This document shows positions 30,003 through 38,528 of a stretch of 64,000 bases of DNA, piece after piece. Source of the DNA: an uncultured virus (IMG/VR IMGVR_UViG_3300009068_003844) (Duplodnaviria > Heunggongvirae > Uroviricota > Caudoviricetes); the IMG/VR virus record IMGVR_UViG_3300009068_003844; one strand, given 5' to 3'. Both the position numbers and the translations under genes were made by a program. The notes under the pieces were generated by a model. The model made no database searches, was not told the origin of the DNA, and was given only the letters and a program-made list of their open reading frames with translations. Numbering within the stretch: the first letter of the stretch is position 1; each line of letters begins with the position of its first letter.

Positions 30003-30365
30003 TAATGGAGCTTGGAGCAAAAAATGAGTGACGTTCCTGAATTAGACCGTTTAATCGAAGAAAACGAAAATTTTCGATGCAATATGAAATGGCGTCGAAG
30101 AGACAGATCTTCTAAACTCTTTATGTTATTCATGATTTTACTTTTTCCAGTATATTTTTTTAATATTTTTATATTTGGTGTAGAAGTTGCATCGATATTA
30201 ATGGTTGTACTTTTTATTTTATCTCTTTCGCCATTAATTTACGAATGTTCACTTGATATATTTGAAGGTCTTCTTAAAGATAGTTATAAAAATATTGACA
30301 TGACTAAAAGGTATAATAGGAAGTGAAGATCTTTACAAAATAAAATTTTTGATTATACTCATCAT

Positions 30366-30465
30366 GGTGAATGTAGCGTAGTGGTAGCGTGAGGGAAGTT
30401 CCGAACTGCGACAGCAGAGTAGGCAAACAAATGCCCTTGTGGTGGTTCGATTCCACCCATTCGCC
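30366..30465 (+). ncRNA. tRNA-like RNA (8-bp His-type acceptor) with an expanded non-canonical anticodon region
   Basis: GGTGAATG/CATTCGCC, D-arm GCGT-AGTGGTA-GCGT, GAGGG/CCCTT enclosing 38 nt, T-arm GGTGG-TTCGATT-CCACC; promoter TTTACA-16-TATACT directly upstream. Confidence 0.7.
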
Positions 30466-30484
30466 CTGGCCAAAGAAAAAAACA

Positions 30485-30673
30485 ATGACCGAAAAATTTA
30501 CTGAATTCAAAGAAAGGCTATCTTCTATTGTTAAGGAAGAATATGCAAACGATTGGTTGCAAACCCCAAATAAAGCTTTTAACGGTAAAAAACCTATTGA
30601 TTTAGTGAATGAAGGAAATTTTGATCCTTTGTTTGAAATGCTGTATAGATTAGAGAGTGAAATACCGGGATAA
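30485..30673 (+). CDS. Stand-alone Xre/MbcA/ParS antitoxin C-terminal (DUF2384-like) domain
   Basis: ANDWLQTPNKAFNGKKPIDLV. Confidence 0.7.
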   Translation: MTEKFTEFKERLSSIVKEEYANDWLQTPNKAFNGKKPIDLVNEGNFDPLFEMLYRLESEIPG

Positions 30674-30733
30674 ACAAAAGCAGAACCAAAATGATATCTG
30701 ACTATCAAGTTGAAGCTGAAATAGAGTTGTGAG

Positions 30734-31612
30734 GTGAAAATGACTAGTTACTCAGAAAAATATCACCAGTTCATCTCAAACGTTACTTATGAGGATGTTG
30801 ATTGTTTCATTAAAAATGGAACTATGATTAATGGGGAAAAGCCCAACAATATTCAAAAGACAGCTTTGTTTTCAATTATTAAGACAGAACCATATTATGC
30901 TTACTGCTATGCTAGGGATGTAATTAAAGACCGGTGGATTGAAGTTGAAGAAATCATAAAGAATAGCCGTCCAGAATATATCCATCATTATGCCAAAGAT
31001 GTTATCAAGGGACGGTGGATTGAGTGCGAAGAGATTATCAAGAGTGATCCCCAGTATGCTTATCTTTATTCCAGAGATGTAATTAAAAATCGTTGGAATG
31101 AAGCAGAAGAGATTATTAAGACTGACCCATATTATGCCTATCTCTATGCTAGAGATATAATTAAAGATCGCTGGATTGAAGCAGAAAAAATTATTAAAAC
31201 TAGTCCTGCATATGTTTACTATTACACCAAAGATGTCCTAAAAGATAGATGGATTGAAGCTGAGAGGGTTTTAATCCACTATATGTATCTTTACGCCAAA
31301 GATATAATTAAAGGCAGATGGATCGAATCAGAAGGGATTATTAAAACTGATCCACGATATGCCTATTATTATGCTAGAGACGTAATCGAAGGTCGCTGGG
31401 TTGACGCAGAAGAAACCATAAAAACTAGTCCAGAGTATGCCTGTGGTTACGCTAAAGATGTAATTAAAGGAAGATGGATTGAAGCAGAAGAAGTCATCAA
31501 GACTAGTCCAGAATTTCTTTATCAATATGCAGTCGAAGTAATCAAAGGAAGATTATCAGAAGAACTTGAAAGTGTTTTTGAAACACTCGAGTTTCCTTCC
31601 GGTACGGTTTGA
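30734..31612 (+). CDS. Helical tandem-repeat protein (~25-aa repeats)
   Basis: About 9 repeats of PxYAYxYARDVIKxRWIEAEEIIKT. Confidence 0.8.
   Translation: MKMTSYSEKYHQFISNVTYEDVDCFIKNGTMINGEKPNNIQKTALFSIIKTEPYYAYCYARDVIKDRWIEVEEIIKNSRPEYIHHYAKDVIKGRWIECEEIIKSDPQYAYLYSRDVIKNRWNEAEEIIKTDPYYAYLYARDIIKDRWIEAEKIIKTSPAYVYYYTKDVLKDRWIEAERVLIHYMYLYAKDIIKGRWIESEGIIKTDPRYAYYYARDVIEGRWVDAEETIKTSPEYACGYAKDVIKGRWIEAEEVIKTSPEFLYQYAVEVIKGRLSEELESVFETLEFPSGTV
31591..31609 (+). promoter_or_regulatory. Phage motif copy GTTTCCTTCCGGTACGGTT
   Basis: At a gene end, before 31652. Confidence 0.7.
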
Positions 31613-31924
31613 GGGTAGCGAACCTCCCAAACCTCCCATTAAATAATTAATATGCCTAAATTTGAAATTACTATTGAGCGTGAAGTCCCTAGTGTTAGGG
31701 AACGTGCCACGATTGTGGTAATTGCAGATAGCGTAGAAGATATTAAAGATAACTTTGATCTCGATATGATTAATGATGATGATATTGAACTTGAGTGGGA
31801 AGAGGTTATGGAGGGTCACGGTGGATTTCCCTGTGATTATGATATTCATAGCATCGACCCCGTGGATGACTCAGTTGAGGCAGATATTGAACTAACTGAT
31901 TCTGACAAATAATAAAACAAACAA

Positions 31925-31943
31925 GTTTCCTTCCGGTACGGTT
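31925..31943 (+). promoter_or_regulatory. Phage motif copy GTTTCCTTCCGGTACGGTT, heading the tas-containing unit
   Basis: Intergenic, upstream of 31978 and 32375. Confidence 0.7.
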
Positions 31944-31977
31944 GAGAGTAGTCTCCATAAAACAAAAGAAACAAAAC

Positions 31978-32340
31978 ATGAAAACAGTTACTAAAAAGCA
32001 AGTAATGATTGGTAATTTGGAAGTTGTTGGTGACGTTCATCTTCTTGAGCAGTGTCACGGCTGCTTGAGTCTTAATTGGCAGGGAAATGTTGAACGTGTA
32101 TTGACGCCCACTACAACCAATACGTTCAACGTGCCTCCCGGCAAACGATGGTACGAGCCTATCGACAAGGGCGGAATCCCCCTGTATGGGTTTAACAAGT
32201 CGGGTAATGTAATTTGTTGTATGGTTCTTTTAGCCAAGGGTGAACAAGACCATAAGGGCAACAAGTACAATAGCGATGTTATTTTGGTTGCACCAGCCGA
32301 ACGAACAGATACTTGGGGCTGGGACGTTTTGCAGAAGTAG
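31978..32340 (+). CDS. Hypothetical protein upstream of the Tas-like gene
   Basis: ORF from ATG 31978. Confidence 0.6.
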   Translation: MKTVTKKQVMIGNLEVVGDVHLLEQCHGCLSLNWQGNVERVLTPTTTNTFNVPPGKRWYEPIDKGGIPLYGFNKSGNVICCMVLLAKGEQDHKGNKYNSDVILVAPAERTDTWGWDVLQK

Positions 32341-32374
32341 TGATCCCCATAATTTCATAGAAAGATAAAATAAT

Positions 32375-33298
32375 ATGTCAAAGGAAAGTGTAACAAAGAA
32401 GAAGTGTCCCACTTGCGGCAAGGGCATTTCAAGCAAGAAGATTGCAGATAGCCTAATGCCAGATAGCCTGACAAGTCTTGGGACTGTTGCTAGGCTCAAT
32501 AAAGATCTCACTAATAAGATTAAGACCCTCACCAAGGATGAAGTGAGGTATATTGTTGATTACTATTATATGATTCAAGAGAATCGTAAGCGAAGCACCA
32601 ATCAGATCACCGCTTTTGGCAAGGATAAAGAGCCTCATGAACTCTTTAGTTTCTTGAACGATCAAACAGAAGTTCTTGAAACTCAAATCAAACGGGCTAT
32701 GGATCACTGGACTGATAGTTTTTTGATTGCAAAGATTTTGAAGGATAAGGTTTACGGAATCGGTCCTGTGATTACTGCTGGTCTTGTTGCTCATATTGAC
32801 ATCAATAAGGCAAAGACCGCTGGTGCTATTTGGCGTTATGCTGGTCTCGATCCCACAAGTAAGTGGGAAAAGGGTCAAAAGCGTCCCTGGAACGCCAGCC
32901 TTAAAACCCTGTGCTGGAAGGTCGGGCAGAGTTTCATGAAGTTCTCTGGTAAGGAGGAGTGCTTCTATGGTAAGCTTTACAAGACCCAGAAGGAGTTTCT
33001 TGTAAAAAAGAACCTTGAAGGCGGATTCAAGGAACTTGCTGATTCTGTCTTGAATTCAAAGAACTTCAAGAACAAGGAAGTTATCGCTAAGTATAAGAGT
33101 GGAATTCTGCCAGATGGTCATGTGGATGCTATGGCAAGGCGTTGGGTGGTTAAGTTGTTCCTGAGTAATGTCCATGAACTTTGGTGCAAGGTTGAAGGAA
33201 TTGATTGCCCCAAGCCTTATGTCATGGCTCATTTGGGACACACCCATCATATCATTCAGCCAAATCTTTTGGATATTGATGAGTATTTGAAGAAGTAG
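32375..33298 (+). CDS. tasA: TIGR-associated Nop-domain protein (TasA-like; IS110 C-terminal-like, no nuclease domain)
   Basis: Coiled-coil region, then YGIGPVITAGLVAHIDINKAKTAGAIWRYAGLDP, WNASLKTLCWKVGQSF, YGKLY, HVDAMARRWVVKLFL. No RuvC DEDD, HNH or IS110 catalytic SG motif seen. Dual-spacer array nearby. Confidence 0.8.
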   Translation: MSKESVTKKKCPTCGKGISSKKIADSLMPDSLTSLGTVARLNKDLTNKIKTLTKDEVRYIVDYYYMIQENRKRSTNQITAFGKDKEPHELFSFLNDQTEVLETQIKRAMDHWTDSFLIAKILKDKVYGIGPVITAGLVAHIDINKAKTAGAIWRYAGLDPTSKWEKGQKRPWNASLKTLCWKVGQSFMKFSGKEECFYGKLYKTQKEFLVKKNLEGGFKELADSVLNSKNFKNKEVIAKYKSGILPDGHVDAMARRWVVKLFLSNVHELWCKVEGIDCPKPYVMAHLGHTHHIIQPNLLDIDEYLKK

Positions 33299-33304
33299 AA
33301 AAAC

Positions 33305-33472
33305 ATGAATTACTATATTGAAAAGCATGATATGGAAATTATCTTGGATGCTTTGGAAAATCTTGTAGAAGATATGAAACACGCTAAAGATAATGGTCAT
33401 TTTAACTACACATATAGTATTGAAGATGTTGATGCACTTTTTCAGAGTTTAGATAATAGTGGCTCAGAGTAA
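33305..33472 (+). CDS. Small acidic hypothetical protein (55 aa, below ORF-track cutoff)
   Basis: MNYYIEKHDMEIILDALENL..., starting 7 nt after the tas stop. Confidence 0.55.
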   Translation: MNYYIEKHDMEIILDALENLVEDMKHAKDNGHFNYTYSIEDVDALFQSLDNSGSE

Positions 33473-33518
33473 CAGATTATTGAAAAACTGTTTAAGTCAA
33501 TGTCCGGGTAAGTAAACA

Positions 33519-33833
33519 ATGAATAAAAAGTTAAATTTTTTTAAAGATTTCACTTTAGGCGATGTCCTAAACAGTATAAATGAAAAATTTTTAGTTGATA
33601 TGTCTAAAGATGAAGAAGAATACTTTCTCTGCCAAATAGAAATAGATAAAGTCGAACAGAATGATGTTGGAATTTTTGATGGAAAAAATTGTATGCGTTG
33701 TCTTTCCTCAAAAGATGTTCTTAAATTAATTGATCATAATGTTTTTAAGGTTATAAAAACAGATCCAAGTTCTGCTTATAATGTTGGAGTTGTTTTAACT
33801 TTTTATTCATTAAAACCTTATAGTTTTATTTGA
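33519..33833 (+). CDS. Hypothetical protein, paralog of 59799-60113
   Basis: Shared IEID..G(I/L)F.G..C...K(L/I)(I/L)DH..K(V/I)IK..YN(V/L)G..L.F...KP..FI. Confidence 0.65.
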   Translation: MNKKLNFFKDFTLGDVLNSINEKFLVDMSKDEEEYFLCQIEIDKVEQNDVGIFDGKNCMRCLSSKDVLKLIDHNVFKVIKTDPSSAYNVGVVLTFYSLKPYSFI

Positions 33834-34324
33834 TAAGTTAAAGTCTAGGTACGTGCAGTTTATTGAGAAGAAACATGGACACAGCAATTAGACTCGCAAA
33901 CAAACTCCGTGCATGGGCAACTAACGTCTTTGAAAACGGACCCGCATCTTTTAGGAAAAAAGCAGCAAAAATAATCTTTTCGTGCGACGAGTTTGTAAAA
34001 GAATACGATAGAAACATAGAACATCTCTTATCAAGTAGATTGTCAAATAAAGATGTAACAATCCACGAAGCCCACAAAATCATGCAACAAGCCCTTTTCC
34101 TTACCTTCACCTATGGTGAACTGCGGGGCTTGGAGTGTAATCTCCTACCGAAAGTCCTTAGATTGTGCGTAGAAGCCAATATAAAGGCTCCAGAAGGATG
34201 GCACGGTAGACTAATTGTACCTACTGGACTCAAAAACAAAGACGCCGAACGAGCAAAAATTTACAGGAAAAGATTTCTAGCCACGAAATAGCGACAAGAC
34301 CAACAAGGAGACTAAAAGATAATT

Positions 34325-34666
34325 ATGAAATCAAATTTTAAGGATGTTCTCAACACTTGCGTAACACAAAAAATTCAAAGAAAGTTAGATGGTTTTGTTT
34401 CGGGCGGCAAAATTATACACTTACAATTTCTCATCGGCCTAGATTCGTTTGTCGAGGTTGATATAAAAATGGATTTGACGGTACAAACCGATGAATACAA
34501 CGGCGAAGGTTATTGTTTCTACGAAATATACAATCTTCATATAGTAAGTAAGAAAGTTATAGGAAAAGACGTTGACGAAGATGTAATACTGGAAATGGCA
34601 GAGGATAGAATAACTCCCTTGCTGGAATACATGGATCCTGTAGAGGACGGGGCGTGTGATTTTTAA
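34325..34666 (+). CDS. Hypothetical protein
   Basis: ORF with GGAG RBS. Confidence 0.55.
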   Translation: MKSNFKDVLNTCVTQKIQRKLDGFVSGGKIIHLQFLIGLDSFVEVDIKMDLTVQTDEYNGEGYCFYEIYNLHIVSKKVIGKDVDEDVILEMAEDRITPLLEYMDPVEDGACDF

Positions 34667-34716
34667 ATCTTATTATTAGTCACAAAAATTTATAGGGACG
34701 AAAAAGTTACAAAGAA

Positions 34717-35184
34717 ATGAAATTAAATAAAATTTATTATACCGAAATGTGCGAGTGTGATTCATGCACCGCCTTCAGTTTACTCGGAGAGGATGCGTAC
34801 GACCCACAGCCTATAGTTAAATCTTCCAAAAAGCAAATCGATCAAATAAAAAAAGTTATATGTGAATGTTTTGACGTTGTTGATGAAAATGGAAATCGTG
34901 AAAAATGGAAGCACAAACCTTTTACCCCTAATCACATGATTGTTGATAACGTGGGTAATTTAGAAACCGATGGTACGCCCCTAGTGACAGTTGAATTAAT
35001 CAATAGTGGTTGTTACGATTCACCACTAGAAATTTATCTAAAAAATTCAAAAGGTAAATTAATGCTTTTTGAATTTATTGTAGGAGATTACTTACAGATA
35101 CCATCCCATTATTTCAAAATGAGTGTTAAAGAAATTGAAAAAGAATTGAAAAAGTGCATAATAATGCACACTTTTACTAAATGA
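34717..35184 (+). CDS. Hypothetical protein immediately upstream of the array
   Basis: ORF, CECDSC. Confidence 0.6.
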   Translation: MKLNKIYYTEMCECDSCTAFSLLGEDAYDPQPIVKSSKKQIDQIKKVICECFDVVDENGNREKWKHKPFTPNHMIVDNVGNLETDGTPLVTVELINSGCYDSPLEIYLKNSKGKLMLFEFIVGDYLQIPSHYFKMSVKEIEKELKKCIIMHTFTK

Positions 35185-35239
35185 TAATCAATAAGTTAAA
35201 GTCTGGGTATAGAGTTTTGAACAAGTTGAAAATTAACTG

Positions 35240-35914
35240 GAGTGAACCAGTGGCTGAGATTTTAACAAAAGTCAAGAGTGAACCAGTTTCCTTGATTTTA
35301 ACATGCGTCCATGAGTGAACCAGAAGCCCAGATTTTTTCATTTTGCCGGAGTGAACCAACCTGCTTGATTTTAACAAGGACGAGAAGTGAACCATTATTA
35401 ACGATTTTAACATGAACGTTGAGTGAGTCATCAGACTGGATTTTTACATACTGCCGGAGCGAACCAAGCCCGACGATTTCAACAAGGTAGTTAAGTGAAC
35501 CAATGTGAGAGATTTTACATGTATAGTGAGTGAATCACAAACGGCGATTTTAACACCGCATTCGAGTGAACCATATGTCCGGATTTAAACAGACCTCTGG
35601 AGTGAACCACAGTCGGGAATTTTAACAAATTTGGTGAGTGAACCATCATTCGATATTTTAACAAGGTAGTTGAGTGAACCAACCTGCTTGATTTTAACAT
35701 AGATGAAGAGTGAACCTAGCCCTTCGATTTTAACATAGTTGTCGAGTGAACCATAAAATCTGATTTTACATGCGTGAAGAGTGAACCTAGTGCCGGTATT
35801 TTAACAATGTGCGAGAGTGAACCAAATAAGAAGATTTAACATGATGGTTTAGTGAACCTAGCTGTGCGATTTTAACAATGTGCGAGAGTGAACCAAAACC
35901 CTCTGATTTTAATA
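35240..35914 (+). ncRNA. TIGR-like array: 19 units of ~36 nt with two alternating repeats and two ~9-nt spacers
   Basis: Unit = (G)AGTGAACCA - N8 - (G)ATTTTAACA - N8. Units start at 35240, 35276, 35313, 35349, 35385, 35421, 35457, 35493, 35528, 35564, 35600, 35636, 35672, 35708, 35744, 35779, 35815, 35850 and 35886. Strand inferred from flanking genes. Confidence 0.88.
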
Positions 35915-35941
35915 ACGAACAGGGTGTCCATAACAAGTAAA

Positions 35942-37261
35942 ATGAGAACAATCAAAATTAATAATGGCAAGAAAACAGCAACTATACAAGTTAATGGTTT
36001 CACAACCAAAGAACTTATAAACCAAATACATTTAGCTGAAAAGAAGAAAAAAGAATCAAAAATTAAGCACTATCAATACTTGAAAAGTGTTAGTGAGTCT
36101 GAGGACAAGAAAAGTTTAATTTTTAATTTTAGCAACAAAACAAATGTTAAATATTCTCTGATTGATAATAAGTTCTATGACGCAGAGACAAATACTCTTA
36201 TTAAAAATCCTAAGTCATGTATAAAATTTGCATCTGGCAATCTTTCTGGATTGGCGAGAGATAAAGATATTTATAAATTGTGCAAAGAAGAATGGATTCA
36301 GTTATTCTTCATTATCACCAGCCGTGAAGATTACTATGTACCTGATAGGAGCGATCTTTTTAGTATTTTAAATAATCCTGTGATTATGGGGGATTTTGAA
36401 AAATTTGCAAAGTGGGACTTTTTACAAAAAAATAAAGAAAAATTCCACCATCTAGAATTCGCACAAATCTATTTTGATTATAATATTAAAACTATAAGTG
36501 ATTTTAAAAAGTATAGCTTGGATTACTATATTGAAAAATTAGATACAATGGTTGCTGAATATAGTAGTGTTCCGGCTGATTATATGAGATTAGTCGATTA
36601 TGCAACTCTGGAACGGTGGTGCGAGGTTAAAAATGTAGATGTGATAAAGTATGCAATTGACAACTATAATCGGTTTCCAGATATGCACGATGAATATTTT
36701 AATATCTTAATAAAGATGGGTTATGACAAATTTAAATTAACAGATTATATTTGCAGGGGGTTGCCTAATCAGGGAATTGAAGATATTGAAGATGCATTAT
36801 CAATTCTTCATGATTATGCAAAAATGAACGTTCAAATGAAAAATGATTTTGATAAGTATCCAAGATATCTTAAAACACTTCATGATATAACTAGCAAAAA
36901 TTATGAGGTCTTAAAAAGTAGAACTTTTAAAAATAGGTTCTCTAAAGTTTGCAAAACTTTTAAAAAATATGAATATAAAAATGAAAGGTATAGCGTAATA
37001 GCCCCAGTTAAACACGAGGATTTAATTCAAGAAGGAATAAAGCTAAATCATTGCGTTGCAAGCTATGACGAAGATATCGCTAATAAGAATTCTACTATTT
37101 TGTTTTTAAGGTTAAACTCTGAAATTCAAAAACCACTAGTAACAATTGAAATTAAAAATAACAAAGTTGTTCAAGCAAAAGGCCACTCTAATTCTAATCC
37201 AAAGAATGAAGAAAAGATTTTCTTAGAAGAATATAAAAATTACCTTAAAGGTGTAAAATGA
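35942..37261 (+). CDS. PcfJ-domain protein
   Basis: DLIQEGIKLNHCVASY, ILFLR, LVTIEI, VVQAKGHSN; start moved to ATG 35942, after the array. Confidence 0.8.
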   Translation: MRTIKINNGKKTATIQVNGFTTKELINQIHLAEKKKKESKIKHYQYLKSVSESEDKKSLIFNFSNKTNVKYSLIDNKFYDAETNTLIKNPKSCIKFASGNLSGLARDKDIYKLCKEEWIQLFFIITSREDYYVPDRSDLFSILNNPVIMGDFEKFAKWDFLQKNKEKFHHLEFAQIYFDYNIKTISDFKKYSLDYYIEKLDTMVAEYSSVPADYMRLVDYATLERWCEVKNVDVIKYAIDNYNRFPDMHDEYFNILIKMGYDKFKLTDYICRGLPNQGIEDIEDALSILHDYAKMNVQMKNDFDKYPRYLKTLHDITSKNYEVLKSRTFKNRFSKVCKTFKKYEYKNERYSVIAPVKHEDLIQEGIKLNHCVASYDEDIANKNSTILFLRLNSEIQKPLVTIEIKNNKVVQAKGHSNSNPKNEEKIFLEEYKNYLKGVK

Positions 37262-37335
37262 ATGATAGTTATGCAGAAAAGTATTAGAAATTCTACTTGA
37301 AAAAAGTTTAAAAGTGTGTTAAAGTGAAAAACCAA

Positions 37336-37354
37336 GTTTCCCTCCGGTACGGTT
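37336..37354 (+). promoter_or_regulatory. Phage motif copy GTTTCCCTCCGGTACGGTT upstream of tRNA-Leu
   Basis: Intergenic, 60 nt before the tRNA. Confidence 0.7.
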
Positions 37355-37413
37355 GGAGGGAGTGACGATTGCTGGTTGTTCTTTGAAAATTTATTTGGGT
37401 TTGGTTTTAAAAA

Positions 37414-37700
37414 GCCAAAGTGGCGAAATAGGCAGACGCAAGGGACTTGATATTAAATTGAGTGCCTAAAAGGAAACTTTTAGAGCAGAACTGCTCAAAT
37501 TCGGTGAAGGCTTAACTGCTAATACCGAGCCAAGCCTGAGAAATCAGGAAGGTGTAGAGACTTGACGGGCAGCACCTAAAACTGAGAAGTTATGGTGAAG
37601 GTAAAGTCCAGACTACAAACCGCAAGGGTAGTGAAAACTATAGTGGTAAGAAAATCCCTCGGGATAACATCCTGTGCGGGTTCGACCCCCGCCTTTGGCA
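37414..37700 (+). tRNA. tRNA-Leu(UAA) interrupted by a group I intron
   Basis: Exons 37414-37448 and 37651-37700: GCCAAAG/CTTTGGC, AGGGA-CTTAAAA-TCCCT, long variable arm, T-loop TTCGACC. Confidence 0.92.
37449..37650 (+). ncRNA. Group I intron (202 nt) after U34 of tRNA-Leu
   Basis: U at 5' exon end, terminal G; core nearly identical to the tRNA-Arg intron. Confidence 0.9.
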
Positions 37701-37701
37701 T

Positions 37702-38160
37702 TTATTTTTTCTTGTTTTTACCACGAAAGTTTGGTGTCAAACCGTGGCAGTTGTAACAAAGAATTTCTAAATTAGAAAGCTCATTGTTTGAAGAATCTCC
37801 ATCTTTATGGTGAAGTTCTATTGGAATTAAATTCCCAAGCCAATGAGTATTCTTGCAATTCATGCATTTATGTTCAAAGATTTTTTCTCTAATTAACTTC
37901 TTTTTTAGTTTGAAACTTTGAGTGTTACTTCCTTTAACAAGATATGATTCAATTGGTTTTTTTGGTGGTAGAACAAACCCTTTAGACCATCCGTGACCCT
38001 TAAAGTGAGAAGTGTCTAAATTAAACTTCTTAATATATGCTTTTATTGTGGCGTAATTACCACCGGCAGCAACTAATTTTAATTTAAAAAGAACTTGTCT
38101 CACTGATGTTGAACTTTCAACAAGTTCTTTTAAAGTTTCATGTGTGTATGTGTATTTCAT
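37702..38160 (-). CDS. Free-standing HNH endonuclease
   Basis: KCMNC, IELHHKDGDSSNNELSNLEILCYNCH; stop codon abuts the tRNA-Leu 3' end. Confidence 0.88.
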   Translation of the reverse strand: MKYTYTHETLKELVESSTSVRQVLFKLKLVAAGGNYATIKAYIKKFNLDTSHFKGHGWSKGFVLPPKKPIESYLVKGSNTQSFKLKKKLIREKIFEHKCMNCKNTHWLGNLIPIELHHKDGDSSNNELSNLEILCYNCHGLTPNFRGKNKKK

Positions 38161-38226
38161 AAATTTAAAACTCTTTATACTATATATATAGTAGAGTTTT
38201 AAATTTTTATTCAACTAAAGGAAAAC

Positions 38227-38442
38227 ATGAAAAAAATCGTCAATAACAACAACAATCTAAAAATAAAAAAGATCGTTGGTTCCACCCTTTGCTTTTTGAT
38301 TTTATCTTCTGCTGTTATTGCAATTGCAGGTATTTGGGGTGGATTGACAGGAGAAATTGTTTGGCAATGTCTCCTTACATTTGGTGTTGTAGCAGGATCA
38401 TCAATTGCTTTGGGTGCTGCTACTGAAGTCTACTTTAAATAA
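38227..38442 (+). CDS. Small two-TM membrane protein
   Basis: Two hydrophobic segments. Confidence 0.6.
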   Translation: MKKIVNNNNNLKIKKIVGSTLCFLILSSAVIAIAGIWGGLTGEIVWQCLLTFGVVAGSSIALGAATEVYFK

Positions 38443-38446
38443 TATA

Positions 38447-38528
38447 GGTTGATTTCCCGAGTGGTCAAAGGGGTTTGACTGTAAATCAAATGCTATTAGC
38501 TTCGCAGGTTCGAATCCTGCATCAACCA
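38447..38528 (+). tRNA. tRNA-Tyr(GUA)
   Basis: GGTTGAT/ATCAACC, TTTGA-CTGTAAA-TCAAA, long variable arm, GCAGG-TTCGAAT-CCTGC. Confidence 0.93.

Noticed and set aside
30389..30484. N-terminal extension of the antitoxin-domain ORF
   Set aside because: It overlaps the tRNA-like RNA; ATG 30485 is the more plausible start.
32375..33298. Active IS110 transposase / insertion sequence
   Set aside because: No N-terminal DEDD RuvC-like domain, no SG catalytic motif after GLDP and no element boundaries seen.
35286..35293. Spacer GTTTCCTT targeting the phage promoter motif (31591, 31925)
   Set aside because: Only an 8-nt match, and neither neighbouring spacer matches the adjacent motif sequence in either orientation. 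Chance is likely.
35177..35700. Minus-strand ORFs 35177-35431 and 35515-35700 as repeat proteins
   Set aside because: They are by-products of the 36-nt period. Units of 35 and 37 nt break the frame and the variation is not codon-structured.
35240..35914. CRISPR array
   Set aside because: Constant blocks are only 9-10 nt and of two alternating types, spacers are 8-9 nt, and no cas genes are in the window. The geometry fits TIGR instead.
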